Source of the DNA: a virus
Taxonomy: Duplodnaviria > Caudoviricetes
Strand: one strand, 5' to 3'
DNA: 64,000 nucleotides
Virus record (IMG/VR): IMGVR_UViG_3300049740_002155
Shown: piece after piece, positions 49,893 to 60,365 of the stretch
How the letters are laid out: each line of letters opens with the position of its first letter
Position numbering within the stretch: the first letter of the stretch is position 1
Notes under the pieces: generated by a model
Told to the model about the DNA's origin: nothing
The model's database searches: none
Seen by the model: only the letters and a program-made list of their open reading frames with translations
Translations under genes and position numbers: made by a program

Positions 49893-51230
49893 ATGAGTAA
49901 ATTACTTAAAGAAGCTATTGCTGATGCGAAAGCAGTTCGTGAGACAGCCCTTGCCAACGCAAGACTTGCTCTTGAAGAAGCATTCGCACCACGTTTGCAA
50001 AGTATGCTTACCAAGAAACTCAGAGAAGAAGAATTAGAAGGCGAAGAATCAGAAGTTGAAGTTTCTGATGAAGTTGAAGAAGGTTCTTACTCCGAAGAGG
50101 ACGAGGAAGTTGCAGTTGAAGACGATGAAGTAGAAGAAGGTTCATATGCAGAAGATGACGAAGAGGCACCAGTTGAAGAACCGGCTGCTGAAGAGGCACC
50201 TGTTGAAGAACCAGCTGCTGAAGAAGAACCAGCTGCCGAAGAAGCACCTGCGGACGAAGAAGAAGAAGTCGCTGAAGACGATCTTGAAGCAGAACTATCT
50301 GCTGATGAAGACGAAGAGTCAGTTGAAGAAGACGCATTCGATTTAGATTCCATCATCAAGGAACTTGAAGATGAAATGGCAATCGAAGACGAAAACGAAG
50401 AAGAATTAGAAGAGCAATCCGACTCATCTGAATTAGGTACAGGTGGTGAAGAACACGTCAACGTTGCTGATAGTGACGATGAAGATCTTCCCGATGACAC
50501 CGAAGTTCAATCTGCACCAGTAGGTGAAGAAGACGATGAAATGCCAAAAGTTGCTGACATCGATGAAGATATTGATATCGAAATCGTTGACGAAGAAGCA
50601 CCTGCAGGTGACGAATCTGATGAACCAACTGCAACAGAGTCCGATGAAGAACTTGCTTTTCCAACTAACGAAGCAGAAGGATGCAACCAAGGTGGTGACA
50701 TCGGAGAAGACGATGAAGAAATCAACTTGGAAGAAATTCTCAAAGAACTTGAGGACGAGTCTGCTGAATTGGAATCTGACGAAGAGGAATCTTCAGAAGA
50801 AATCGCAGAATTTAAATCTGCAAACGAAAAGCTTCAAAAAGAAAATGATGAATACCGCAAAGTTTACAAATTTTTGCGAGGTAAGTTAAATGAAGTAAAT
50901 CTTCTTAATGCTAAATTGCTTTATACAAATAAGTTGTTTAAGGCACACGTATTAAATGAAGATCAAAAGTTAAAAGTCGTAGAAAGTTTTGACCTTACGA
51001 AGAATGTTCGTGAAGCAAAACTCGTTTATGCAACACTTGGTGAGAGTTTTCGAACTCAAGCAACACCTCCTGTAAAATCTGCTCCTAAAAAAGCAAAAAT
51101 TCAAAAGAATCCTCTTACAGAAGGAATTGCTTCAAAACCAATTAAATCAACAAAACCTTCCAAGAAGATTTTATCTGAAGGCAATGATCTTGCTGACAGA
51201 TTTAAGAAACTTGCAGGTATACAATCATAA
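49893..51230 (+). CDS. gp22: Prohead core scaffolding protein (gp22-like)
   Basis: MSKLLKEAIADAKAVRETALANA, a very acidic centre and a C-terminal coiled coil EVNLLNAKLLY; lies directly upstream of the MCP. Confidence 0.85.
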   Translation: MSKLLKEAIADAKAVRETALANARLALEEAFAPRLQSMLTKKLREEELEGEESEVEVSDEVEEGSYSEEDEEVAVEDDEVEEGSYAEDDEEAPVEEPAAEEAPVEEPAAEEEPAAEEAPADEEEEVAEDDLEAELSADEDEESVEEDAFDLDSIIKELEDEMAIEDENEEELEEQSDSSELGTGGEEHVNVADSDDEDLPDDTEVQSAPVGEEDDEMPKVADIDEDIDIEIVDEEAPAGDESDEPTATESDEELAFPTNEAEGCNQGGDIGEDDEEINLEEILKELEDESAELESDEEESSEEIAEFKSANEKLQKENDEYRKVYKFLRGKLNEVNLLNAKLLYTNKLFKAHVLNEDQKLKVVESFDLTKNVREAKLVYATLGESFRTQATPPVKSAPKKAKIQKNPLTEGIASKPIKSTKPSKKILSEGNDLADRFKKLAGIQS

Positions 51231-51261
51231 TTAATCATAAAATTCAAAAGGAAATAATATA

Positions 51262-52704
51262 ATGAGCGAAATAGGCAAATTATTACAAGAAAGTCAAAAT
51301 CCTCAAGAACGTCTTATGGCTGAAACCCGTGGTTTGGTATCAAAATGGGAAAAGACAGGACTTCTCGAAGGAATTTCGACTGACACAGAAAAGAGTGGTA
51401 TGTCCATTCTTTTAGAAAACCAAGCAAAGCAGTTGATCGACGAAGCATCACGCACCGGTACAGGTGGAGGTAACGAAGAATGGAGTGGAGTAGCACTTCC
51501 TCTCGTTCGACGTGTGTTCGCAGAAATCGCATCAAAGGAATTCGTTTCCGTCCAACCAATGAATCTTCCATCAGGATTGATTTTCTACTTAGACTTTAAG
51601 TATGGAACAGACCAATCACTTCAAGGTAAAGGTGGAAGTCTTTTCGGTGGATCAGCAGACGCAAAACTCGGTTCAACCGACAAAGCAGAAGGTGGTCTAT
51701 ACGGTGCAGGACGCCATGGTTACTCAATCAATGACAAGCAAGTTACTGTTGAAGTTGGAGACGCACTTCCATCTGATGCAGACTTAGAAAGCATTCGTGC
51801 ATTCCAAGTTGACGGTAATGCACTTGTTCTTGATGCAGATAACAAAATGACACAAGCAGGTACACTTCAGTATCACGCACAAACAACTGCGGACAATCGT
51901 GGTGACTTTGAAGATAATCTTGGAAAGTCAGCAGAAGTTGCAGGTGCTGATCCAGAAGTTCCTTCTGATTCTGGTCTTCAAAAGGACATCGGAATTCCTG
52001 AAGTAAACTTGGAACTCAAAAGTGAACCAATCGTTGCAAAGACACGCAAGTTGAAAGCAGTTTGGACACCAGAGTTGGCACAAGACTTAAACGCATACCA
52101 TAGTATTGACGCAGAAGCAGAATTGACTTCTCTTCTTTCCGAGTACGTTTCAATGGAAATTGATTTGGAAATTCTTGATATGCTTATCGTTAACGCACAC
52201 ACAGACGGTGGTACATTCAATGCGGCTGCTGATCTCCAAGGTGGTGAGACTCAAGGAACATTGTTCCAAAAACTCGGCACAAAGATTCAAAAGGTGAGTA
52301 ACACAATTCATCAATTGACTCTTCGTGGTGGTGCAAACTTCTTGGTTTGTTCCCCACAAGTTGCTACAGTTCTTGAAAGTATCCCAGGATATGCAGCTGA
52401 CACAGACGGAAATCAGTCTCAGTTCGCAATGGGTGTTACCAAGGTTGGTGCATTAAACAATCGTTTCCAAGTCTACAAGAACCCATACATGACAAGTGGT
52501 GACGTTCTTATCGGATTCCGTGGAACAAACTTCCTCGAAACAGGTGCAGTTTATGCTCCGTACATTCCGTTGATCCAAACTCCTTTGGTATACGATCCGG
52601 TCAACTTTACTCCACGTCGTGGTGTAATGACTCGTTATGCTAAGAAGATGGTTCGTCCTGAATTCTACGGAAAAATCTCTGTTACCGGTACAGCAGATCT
52701 TTAA
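51262..52704 (+). CDS. gp23: Major capsid protein
   Basis: KWEKTGLLEG, LPLVRRVF, VSVQPMNLPSGLIFYLD, KTRKLKAVWTPELAQDLNAYH, YAPYIPL and GVMTRYA. Confidence 0.97.
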   Translation: MSEIGKLLQESQNPQERLMAETRGLVSKWEKTGLLEGISTDTEKSGMSILLENQAKQLIDEASRTGTGGGNEEWSGVALPLVRRVFAEIASKEFVSVQPMNLPSGLIFYLDFKYGTDQSLQGKGGSLFGGSADAKLGSTDKAEGGLYGAGRHGYSINDKQVTVEVGDALPSDADLESIRAFQVDGNALVLDADNKMTQAGTLQYHAQTTADNRGDFEDNLGKSAEVAGADPEVPSDSGLQKDIGIPEVNLELKSEPIVAKTRKLKAVWTPELAQDLNAYHSIDAEAELTSLLSEYVSMEIDLEILDMLIVNAHTDGGTFNAAADLQGGETQGTLFQKLGTKIQKVSNTIHQLTLRGGANFLVCSPQVATVLESIPGYAADTDGNQSQFAMGVTKVGALNNRFQVYKNPYMTSGDVLIGFRGTNFLETGAVYAPYIPLIQTPLVYDPVNFTPRRGVMTRYAKKMVRPEFYGKISVTGTADL

Positions 52705-52729
52705 TTCTGCAAAGGATAACACAAAATTT

Positions 52730-52757
52730 AAGAGGGGTTCTTTTGAACCCCTCTTTT
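52730..52757 (+). terminator. Rho-independent terminator after MCP
   Basis: AAGAGGGGTTC-TTTT-GAACCCCTCTT followed by TT. Confidence 0.9.
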
Positions 52758-52797
52758 ATTTTATAACGATTACTATAAGTGATGTATATTTATAGAC

Positions 52798-54138
52798 ATG
52801 GATGAAACAGAGAATACTGAATTAGAGAGAATACGGTGGGACGGAGTGGCAACATCACCAGTCGGAAAAACACCATTTGGTTTTTTTGACTCGGATGCTG
52901 AGTTTGTTTCGTTCGCACCAAGAGCAGCCGACTGGGCAGCTAAAAGACTCGGTTATCCAATTGTTGATGTTGAAATGATTGATGTACAATTTTATACCTG
53001 TTTTGAAGAAGCAGTAACTGAATATAGTGCTCAGATAAATCAATTCTCAATCAAACAAAATTTATATAGTTTAAAAGGAACATCAACAAGTGTTAATTTA
53101 ACTACTTCTGTTTTACAAACACAACCTTTGCCATTTTATTTAAAACTTTCAGAGGCATATGGAGCAGAAGTTGGTGTTGGTGGAAACGTAGATTGGAGAA
53201 AACAAAGTTTAGATGTTAAAAAAGGAGTACAAACATACGACTTACAAGGTTTGTTTGATCAATATTACACTTGTCCTAAAACCGGTGAAAAGAAACTTGA
53301 GCAAATTGAAGTAAAAAGAGTATTTCATTTTCCACCACCTGCACTTAATAAAATATATGATCCTATGTCCAACTCGGGTATGAGTCATTCTAATTTATTA
53401 GGTGAATTTAATTGGGCAGGTATGTCACCTGTTGGTACACAATTTCTATTAAGACCTGTAAATGAAGACTTAATGCGATTACAGGCAATAGAATTCAATG
53501 AGCAAATAAGAAGAAGTGCGTATGGTTTTGAGTTAGTAAATAACAAACTAACTATATTTCCGGTTCCTGAAAAAGATTTTACACTTTGGTTTGATTACAT
53601 ATACAAACGTGAAAGAGATATAGCAGCCGTACAAGGTTATGTAGATGCAGATGATTTCAACACAATTCCAAAAACACAAACACAGGTGACCGAAGAAACA
53701 ACACAACAGGTAGTTGCGGATCAAGTGCAAACAGGACTTCCATCTGACCAAAGTGAACATTGCGATACACGTAATATAGCATCATCACCGGATTCGGTAA
53801 CAGATTTTAGTAATGTTCCTTATCAATTTCATAGTTTTTCTACAATTAACGATGTGGGTAAACGATGGATTATGAAATACTATTTATCAACTTGTAAAGA
53901 ATTATTAGGTTCAATTCGTGCAAAATATCAAAGCATACCAATACCTGGTGGAGAAACTTCGTTAGATGGTGATGCTTTGAGAGCAGAGGCACAAACCGAG
54001 AAAGAACAATTAATCACAGAACTTAGAGAAGATTTAGATGTAACAAGTCGTAGTACAACAAGTGAGCAACTTAATCAGGTATCTGATAACCTACAAGAAA
54101 ACCTAAAGAAAGTACCTAACTATTTATATATTGGATGA
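52798..54138 (+). CDS. Neck/head-tail adaptor protein (gp13-like)
   Basis: RLGYPIVDVEM...FEEAVTEY; KELLGSIRAKY..IPIPGGE..LDG..L..EA..EKE.L. Confidence 0.75.
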   Translation: MDETENTELERIRWDGVATSPVGKTPFGFFDSDAEFVSFAPRAADWAAKRLGYPIVDVEMIDVQFYTCFEEAVTEYSAQINQFSIKQNLYSLKGTSTSVNLTTSVLQTQPLPFYLKLSEAYGAEVGVGGNVDWRKQSLDVKKGVQTYDLQGLFDQYYTCPKTGEKKLEQIEVKRVFHFPPPALNKIYDPMSNSGMSHSNLLGEFNWAGMSPVGTQFLLRPVNEDLMRLQAIEFNEQIRRSAYGFELVNNKLTIFPVPEKDFTLWFDYIYKRERDIAAVQGYVDADDFNTIPKTQTQVTEETTQQVVADQVQTGLPSDQSEHCDTRNIASSPDSVTDFSNVPYQFHSFSTINDVGKRWIMKYYLSTCKELLGSIRAKYQSIPIPGGETSLDGDALRAEAQTEKEQLITELREDLDVTSRSTTSEQLNQVSDNLQENLKKVPNYLYIG

Positions 54139-54144
54139 TTGGCA

Positions 54145-54606
54145 ATGTCGTATGGTAGATATTTTACAAGAAGAGACGTAAGATTAATGAATAGTCTTAA
54201 TGGTGAATTGCTAAATGATATAATTGAGCAATATGTTATTGTATATAAAATTAATCCAAACGAGACTGAAGCAAATTTATATGGTGAAAGTCTTGATAAA
54301 ATATATTACGAGGGTGTAAAAATAAATTGCTTGGTAGAAAGTGACCCACGAAGCACGAACTATGAAGGATTTGGTCCTGATGTTAAAAAAGGAACACTGT
54401 TTAGATTTCATCAGAAATTGTGTGAAATAAAAAATATATACCCAGAAGTCTCGGATATTATTGAATGGGAGAACGCACATTTTGAAATCAGTAATGTGGT
54501 AGAAAATCAATTCTTGGGTGGCCAACCTGAAAAGAATTATAGTTTAGTGTGCAATGCACATATGAGCAGAAAAAGTAGACTTAACATAACCAACCGAGAA
54601 GTGTAA
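54145..54606 (+). CDS. Neck/head closure protein (gp14-like)
   Basis: NLYGES, FEISNV..NQFLGG; follows the gp13-like gene. Confidence 0.65.
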   Translation: MSYGRYFTRRDVRLMNSLNGELLNDIIEQYVIVYKINPNETEANLYGESLDKIYYEGVKINCLVESDPRSTNYEGFGPDVKKGTLFRFHQKLCEIKNIYPEVSDIIEWENAHFEISNVVENQFLGGQPEKNYSLVCNAHMSRKSRLNITNREV

Positions 54607-55832
54607 TGGACTATGGTAATGTAAACAATCCTTTTATTACATTAAGAAAATTATCAGGTGATGATTCCGATACATTTACGGCTAAATTAAATACAAGTCC
54701 ACCAACACTTGCAAATGATAAATATATGTCAAATAAAAAGGTTTCAAAAGATTCCTTATATTCTGATAATCGTTCTGATAAAATGAGAATGGACGATGAT
54801 GGAATATCATTTGAAAATTACTCAATTACATTAATGGATATTGACAATATTTTATACGAATATTTCACTAAAGTAATAAACCCACAGGTTGATGATTCAG
54901 GTGGAACTATTGCATCGGTACCTGTTAGACACGCATCACCTGAAAGATGGAGTGCAATTTTGAATGATGGTGTTTATCGTGATAATAAGGGTCAGATTCA
55001 AAAACCAATGATAGTATTTACACGAACAAGTGTATCTAAGGATGATTCATTTGTTTATTTTAATCGTTATTTGTCCGTTCCTTTTATTAAAAAATTTGAT
55101 AAAAAAAATATGTACGATAAGTTTAGTTCTTTGACAAATTCAAATCGTCAATATGAAGTGCATAATATAACTTTTCCTGATCATGTAATATTGAATTATG
55201 ATTTCACAATGACAACCGAGTATGTACAACAAATGAATGCTCTTGTTGAACGTATAAATTGGGTAAGTAATGATTATTGGGGTGATCCTTCAAGATTTAA
55301 ATTTAGAGCATCGGTTGATTCTTTTTCAAACAGCGTGGAAGTACCTACCGATGATGACCGAGTGGTAAATACAACATTTTCTTTAACTGTTAATGCTTAT
55401 TTATTACCGGAAGTTTTTGATAATACAAAAACAACTAAACGAAACTTAACAAACAGAAAAGTCATATTTGGAACGGAAGTAATTTCTGATAAGGCAGTAA
55501 CAGGATTGGAAAACGCAGGTCAACGAGAAAAATTTGTTTTAAATAGAACCAACCGTGAATTATATATTGAAGGTGATGTTGGAGACGAAACTGAGATAAG
55601 AATATGGAACGACGAAGAATACTATAATATATTCATTGACCAAAATAAATTTGAGATAGCAATTGATGTAGATGACGATGCTAATGACTTTTTAATATGG
55701 AACAGAGATTCGGAGTTTGAATCAAACTTATTTAAAGACGATCACCTACAAATTCAAGTAGGTAATAAAAAAATAGAAATATCTACACACGAACATACTG
55801 TTGAAATAATTAAAATAAAATATATAACTTGA
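54606..55832 (+). CDS. Tail terminator/sheath stabiliser (gp15-like) with C-terminal extension
   Basis: VPVRHASPERW...KIQ.PMI pattern and FRASVDSF; positioned between neck and sheath genes. Confidence 0.6.
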   Translation: MDYGNVNNPFITLRKLSGDDSDTFTAKLNTSPPTLANDKYMSNKKVSKDSLYSDNRSDKMRMDDDGISFENYSITLMDIDNILYEYFTKVINPQVDDSGGTIASVPVRHASPERWSAILNDGVYRDNKGQIQKPMIVFTRTSVSKDDSFVYFNRYLSVPFIKKFDKKNMYDKFSSLTNSNRQYEVHNITFPDHVILNYDFTMTTEYVQQMNALVERINWVSNDYWGDPSRFKFRASVDSFSNSVEVPTDDDRVVNTTFSLTVNAYLLPEVFDNTKTTKRNLTNRKVIFGTEVISDKAVTGLENAGQREKFVLNRTNRELYIEGDVGDETEIRIWNDEEYYNIFIDQNKFEIAIDVDDDANDFLIWNRDSEFESNLFKDDHLQIQVGNKKIEISTHEHTVEIIKIKYIT

Positions 55833-55857
55833 TTTTTTGATTATATTATTGTATTAT
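55829..55857 (+). promoter_or_regulatory. Putative sigma70-type promoter
   Basis: TTGATT-17bp-TATTAT upstream of 55865. Confidence 0.55.
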
Positions 55858-55864
55858 TTTAGCA

Positions 55865-56152
55865 ATGAAAAAAAACCAAGTAAAATTAACTAGTGACGAA
55901 CTAGCTGAGATTTTGGCGTTAAATAATGAGTATCAGGATATTCTAATAGGACTCGGTCAGGTTAGCATCCGTAGAGACTCTCTTAAAAAAGAAGAAGAAT
56001 CTATATCAAAAATGGAAAAAGAATGCTACTCTTCATATGAAGAAACTCAGAAAAAAGAAACTAATTTTAAAGAAAGAATTGCAAGAAAATATGGACAAGG
56101 TGAAATAGACCTTGAAACTGGTGTTTACACTAAATCAGAAAATAATTCATAA
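55865..56152 (+). CDS. Small coiled-coil protein
   Basis: 95 aa; ends KYGQGEIDLETGVY. Confidence 0.75.
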   Translation: MKKNQVKLTSDELAEILALNNEYQDILIGLGQVSIRRDSLKKEEESISKMEKECYSSYEETQKKETNFKERIARKYGQGEIDLETGVYTKSENNS

Positions 56153-56246
56153 ATATAGGATTTTGAAATTTTCAAAACATATTTATCATTAAAAGTAAAA
56201 CATTTCCAAATTTTCAACCCATAACCCATAAAGGAGACTATATAAG

Positions 56247-58898
56247 ATGGCAGAACGAATTGTAAGTCCAGCAGTTTTCACCAACGAAATCGATCAAACG
56301 TTTTTAACGCAAGGCATTTCACAGATTGGTGGTGCGGTTGTAGGTCCATTCTCAAGAGGACCTGCATATGCTCCAACTATCGTGAGAAGTCACGCAGAAT
56401 TAGAAGATTTATTCGGTGTACCAGAAGGAAAATATTATCAACCATTCACAGCACGTGAGTATTTAACACACCAAGGTGTTGTTACTATCGTTCGTGTTGG
56501 TGCATTGGGTGGATACAAACAAGATAACGCACTTGTAATCAAAGCAAAGGTAACAGATGTACCGGCAGACTTAAGTGGATCACTCGGAAGTGGGTCACTC
56601 GGAGTTTCCGTTGGAGACGAAGTAGTTATCGGTGTATTAGCAAATACTCTTTACGAAGGTATAGCAGATACATCTGGTTTTGAAGGTTCAAGTATTGATA
56701 ACGACACATCCGTATTGTACTATGATACAGAGAGTGTCGATCCTGATTCAGGTGAAGTAGTTTCAGTAGGAAACTTAGAAACAACTCTTTACCTCAGAAA
56801 AACAGTTAGAACCGAAGACGAGTTCACAGGTGAAGTTATTGAGAGTGTTCAAAGTTTGAAAGATGAATTTGATTCTGATTATGCTTTTAACATTGATCCA
56901 AAAGAACCAGATAGTCTTCAAAATATCTTTGGTAGAGCAGCCAAGAAGAATTTAGAACCAGCATATTTCTACTCATATTTCCAAAATTCACAAGAAGATG
57001 TTTTCAATAACATCATGTCTGGTGTAAAGTATAAAGTTGAAGTAGATACTTCTGACGATACAATGATATTTGAAACACGTGATAGTGTAACCGGTGAAGT
57101 TGACGATGATCCTTGGAAACCAGGTGAGGCTGCTTTCAGTTGCCGTCCTGCTGAAACTCCTTGGTTCAAGTCACAAGAAATCAGTGGAAGACGATATGAT
57201 CTATTTAAGGTTTGGACAAGAAACATGGGTTCAAGTGCAAATCGTGAAATCAAGATTGCTATCTATAACATCAGAACTCCGGGTTCAATTCAAGATACAG
57301 ATTATGGTTCATTTAGTTTGATGGTTCGTTCATTTAACGATAACGATAAATCACCTGAAATCATTGAGAACTATGATAATTGTACACTTGATCCAATGAG
57401 TCCACGATTCCTTCCACGTGTAATCGGTGATCGTTTTACAACAATTGATTCAAAAGGAAAAATCGTTGATTACGGTGATTACGCAAATTCAAGTAATTGG
57501 ATTCGTATTGAAATGCCTTACGAAAGTACTGCACCTGCAAATGCTATGCCTTATGGTCATGCTCCATATCGTTCACCACTTGGTGGAATTGACATCGGAA
57601 CACCAAAGTATAGTTATGCTTCTCAATACTCAAGAAATGTAGGAAGATACTTCAATGGTGCGGTGTTTAATCAAACATCACCTGACGGAATTCTTGAACT
57701 TCCACGTTCTGCAAGAGATACATCTGAACTTTTCCAACCACTTCCTGCTAACCCAGGTGATGCTGGAAGAGGTTTCTACATGGATAAATCAAAAGATTTA
57801 GAGTGGGTAGGTTCTTATGTAGAAGAAGTTGACGGAACAACTACCGTAACTGAAGTTGATCCAATTCCTGTTAATCCATCTACTGCTGACGAATTGCTTG
57901 TAGCAAAACTTCGTAGATTTGTAGTTGGTTTCCAAGGTGGATTTGACGGACAATCTCCTGCACATCCAATTATGTTAGGAAAAGACATTTCTGAAACAAA
58001 TGTTCAAGGTCTTGATTGTAGTAGAGAATTTAGTTCTGGAACAAAGGGATACAAACGTGCGTTTGCGGCTCTTAGTAACCAAGACGAGTTTGACATCAAT
58101 CTTCTTGTAACACCTGGTTTGACACTTGATCTACATAGATCAGTTATTAATCGTGGTGTTGATTTGTGCGAACAAAGAGAAGATTGCTTCTACATCCTTG
58201 ACTGCGTAAGTGCTCATAATCAACCAGGTCGTGTTGATGATGCGGTACAACAAGTTTCTACAATTGATAGTAACTATGCAGCCACATACTATCCTTGGGT
58301 AAAGATTATTGATCCAGCAACAAATGTTTTACAACCATATCCACCCTCATCACTTATGATGGCTGTGTATGCGGCTAACGACAAAAGTTCTGCTGAGTGG
58401 TTTGCTCCTGCCGGTTTAAATCGTGGTGGAATTGAGCAAGCAGTTGCAGTAATGGATCGTCTTAACTTTGCAGAAAGAGATACACTTTACGAAGGTAAGG
58501 TAAATCCGATTGCGGCGTTTCCTGGTCAAGGTATTGTTGCATTTGGTCAAAAGACCTTACAACGTCGTTCAAGTGCATTAGACAGAGTTAACGTACGTCG
58601 TTTGCTTATTACACTCAAGAAGTTCATTGCAAGTTCCGCAAGATTCTTGCTTTTTGAACAAAATGTTGCATCAACTCGTAACCGTTTTCTTAGTATTGTT
58701 AATCCATACTTGGAAAATGTTCAGCAACGTCATGGTTTGTATGCTTTCCGTGTTATCATGGATGAGTCAAACAATACACCTGACTTGATTGATAGAAACA
58801 TTCTTTATGGTCAAATCTTCTTGCAACCAGCACGTGCAGTTGAGTTCATCATTCTTGATTTCAACTTGACACCAACTGGTGCTAGTTTTGAAGCATAA
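56247..58898 (+). CDS. gp18: Tail sheath protein
   Basis: SPAVFTNEIDQTF, YAATYYPWV, WFAPAGLNRG, VNPIA.FPGQG...GQKTLQ...ALDRVNVRRL and FEQN. Confidence 0.96.
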   Translation: MAERIVSPAVFTNEIDQTFLTQGISQIGGAVVGPFSRGPAYAPTIVRSHAELEDLFGVPEGKYYQPFTAREYLTHQGVVTIVRVGALGGYKQDNALVIKAKVTDVPADLSGSLGSGSLGVSVGDEVVIGVLANTLYEGIADTSGFEGSSIDNDTSVLYYDTESVDPDSGEVVSVGNLETTLYLRKTVRTEDEFTGEVIESVQSLKDEFDSDYAFNIDPKEPDSLQNIFGRAAKKNLEPAYFYSYFQNSQEDVFNNIMSGVKYKVEVDTSDDTMIFETRDSVTGEVDDDPWKPGEAAFSCRPAETPWFKSQEISGRRYDLFKVWTRNMGSSANREIKIAIYNIRTPGSIQDTDYGSFSLMVRSFNDNDKSPEIIENYDNCTLDPMSPRFLPRVIGDRFTTIDSKGKIVDYGDYANSSNWIRIEMPYESTAPANAMPYGHAPYRSPLGGIDIGTPKYSYASQYSRNVGRYFNGAVFNQTSPDGILELPRSARDTSELFQPLPANPGDAGRGFYMDKSKDLEWVGSYVEEVDGTTTVTEVDPIPVNPSTADELLVAKLRRFVVGFQGGFDGQSPAHPIMLGKDISETNVQGLDCSREFSSGTKGYKRAFAALSNQDEFDINLLVTPGLTLDLHRSVINRGVDLCEQREDCFYILDCVSAHNQPGRVDDAVQQVSTIDSNYAATYYPWVKIIDPATNVLQPYPPSSLMMAVYAANDKSSAEWFAPAGLNRGGIEQAVAVMDRLNFAERDTLYEGKVNPIAAFPGQGIVAFGQKTLQRRSSALDRVNVRRLLITLKKFIASSARFLLFEQNVASTRNRFLSIVNPYLENVQQRHGLYAFRVIMDESNNTPDLIDRNILYGQIFLQPARAVEFIILDFNLTPTGASFEA

Positions 58899-58921
58899 TA
58901 TAGTGTAAGAAACTAAAATTT

Positions 58922-58954
58922 AAAAACCCCTCTGTTCGCAGAGGGGTTTTTTTT
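58922..58954 (+). terminator. Rho-independent terminator (TTCG tetraloop)
   Basis: AAAAACCCCTCTG-TTCG-CAGAGGGGTTTTTTTT. Confidence 0.92.
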
Positions 58955-58977
58955 GTGTAGATATATATTTATTAGAA

Positions 58978-59679
58978 ATGGATATGTCATTAACAGAAAT
59001 TCTTCATGAACTTCAATACAAAGAGTTTTGTAAATTTGTAAAAGAAAACAAACTTGATAAAGATGAAGTACAATTAAATGAATTTGCGATTCCTGGTAAA
59101 CTAAAAAAGATTTGGTCTTTTTTGGTGGAACTGAAAAACATAGTAAAAGTCAAAATGAAAGACTTGGTAAAATTGTTTTTGAATAAAGTTGTTTTTAAGT
59201 TCTTCGCAAAAATTAAGTTTAGTATGAAGTATCTGTTTGATCTTGTTAAAAGAGGATTTAAGGCATATAAGCAGATCATAAAGGCAATCGGTGAATATAT
59301 AGCAAACACTAAGGTAGGTCGTTGGACAGAAGACAAATTAAAAGACTTAGACGCATTTTTAGCAAAGCATCCTAAAACTAAAAGAATTGCAGGTTTGGCA
59401 GTTGCTGGTATTCTAATTTATATTTGGTTGAATATGACATTCACCGGTAATGCTGATTATGACTTTGATATGGGTGACATGATTTTGGCACTCGGGGGAG
59501 GATTCACTTTATCTACACTATTTGCTGGACCAGAAGGAATGGCACTTCTTACTTTGTTTGCAACCGGTGTTATAGGTTTATCTTTTCCATGGCCAGGTCC
59601 TCAACATTTTCAATTTATAGGAGCAGTTCTATATGGTTCTGCAAAATTAGTTGGACAGAAATTAACGAAAGATAAATAA
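58978..59679 (+). CDS. Predicted membrane protein with propeptide-like N-terminus
   Basis: QLNE|F site; C-terminal hydrophobic helices IAGLAVAGILIYIWL and MALLTLFATGVIGLSFPW. Confidence 0.7.
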   Translation: MDMSLTEILHELQYKEFCKFVKENKLDKDEVQLNEFAIPGKLKKIWSFLVELKNIVKVKMKDLVKLFLNKVVFKFFAKIKFSMKYLFDLVKRGFKAYKQIIKAIGEYIANTKVGRWTEDKLKDLDAFLAKHPKTKRIAGLAVAGILIYIWLNMTFTGNADYDFDMGDMILALGGGFTLSTLFAGPEGMALLTLFATGVIGLSFPWPGPQHFQFIGAVLYGSAKLVGQKLTKDK

Positions 59680-59798
59680 ATATATTTTTTAATTTACCAA
59701 CTATTTATATTTGTTGATTGAAAAAATGAACTTTCGGATTTTTAATCAATATTTATACTAAAAATAATCATTTAACATTAAACTGGAGAATATATAAA

Positions 59799-60290
59799 AT
59801 GGCACAAGTTATTTCAACCGAAGAAATGTTTTTTACGGCATTTGAACCGAAAACAGCAAATCGTTTTATCATGTATATGGACGGAGTACCCGCATACCTT
59901 ATTAAAAGTGTTACTCGTCCTAATCTTAATATCGAAGTACAAACTCTTGATCACATCAACATCAAACGCAAGATTCGTGGTGGTAAAGCAGAATGGCAAG
60001 ATATTACAATGACTCTTTATGATCCAATCGTACCAAGTGGTGCTCAGGTAGCAATGGAATGGGTTCGTCTTTCTCACGAATCTGTAACAGGTAGAAACGG
60101 TTATGCCGACTTCTATAAAAAAGACCTTGTTATCAATACACTCGGTCCTGTTGGTGACCTCGTTGAAGAATGGACAATCAAAGGTGCTTGGTGTCAAGCA
60201 ACTAACATGGGAACATTAGACTGGTCAACAAGTGAATTCATGACTGTTGAACTTACCGTTTCCTACGATTACGCAATTCTTCAATACTAA
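59799..60290 (+). CDS. gp19: Tail tube protein
   Basis: FEPKTANRF, WQDITMTLYDP, GPVGDLVEEW.IKGAW and VSYDYA; 163 aa downstream of the sheath. Confidence 0.92.
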   Translation: MAQVISTEEMFFTAFEPKTANRFIMYMDGVPAYLIKSVTRPNLNIEVQTLDHINIKRKIRGGKAEWQDITMTLYDPIVPSGAQVAMEWVRLSHESVTGRNGYADFYKKDLVINTLGPVGDLVEEWTIKGAWCQATNMGTLDWSTSEFMTVELTVSYDYAILQY

Positions 60291-60311
60291 TCTAAAATTA
60301 ACCAGTTTAAT

Positions 60312-60342
60312 AAAAAAAACTTCCGAATGGAAGTTTTTTTTT
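60312..60342 (+). terminator. Rho-independent terminator
   Basis: AAAAAAAACTTCC-GAAT-GGAAGTTTTTTTTT. Confidence 0.88.
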
Positions 60343-60365
60343 AGCCAATATATATTTATGATAAC

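Noticed and set aside
50000-50800. Acidic EEPAAEE repeats and antisense Ser-rich ORFs in the scaffold gene
   Set aside because: Low-complexity acidic cores are ordinary for gp22-like scaffolds.
51262-58898. Higher use of C-ending codons in scaffold, MCP and sheath, which could suggest foreign origin
   Set aside because: Best explained by translational optimisation of highly expressed virion genes, not horizontal transfer.
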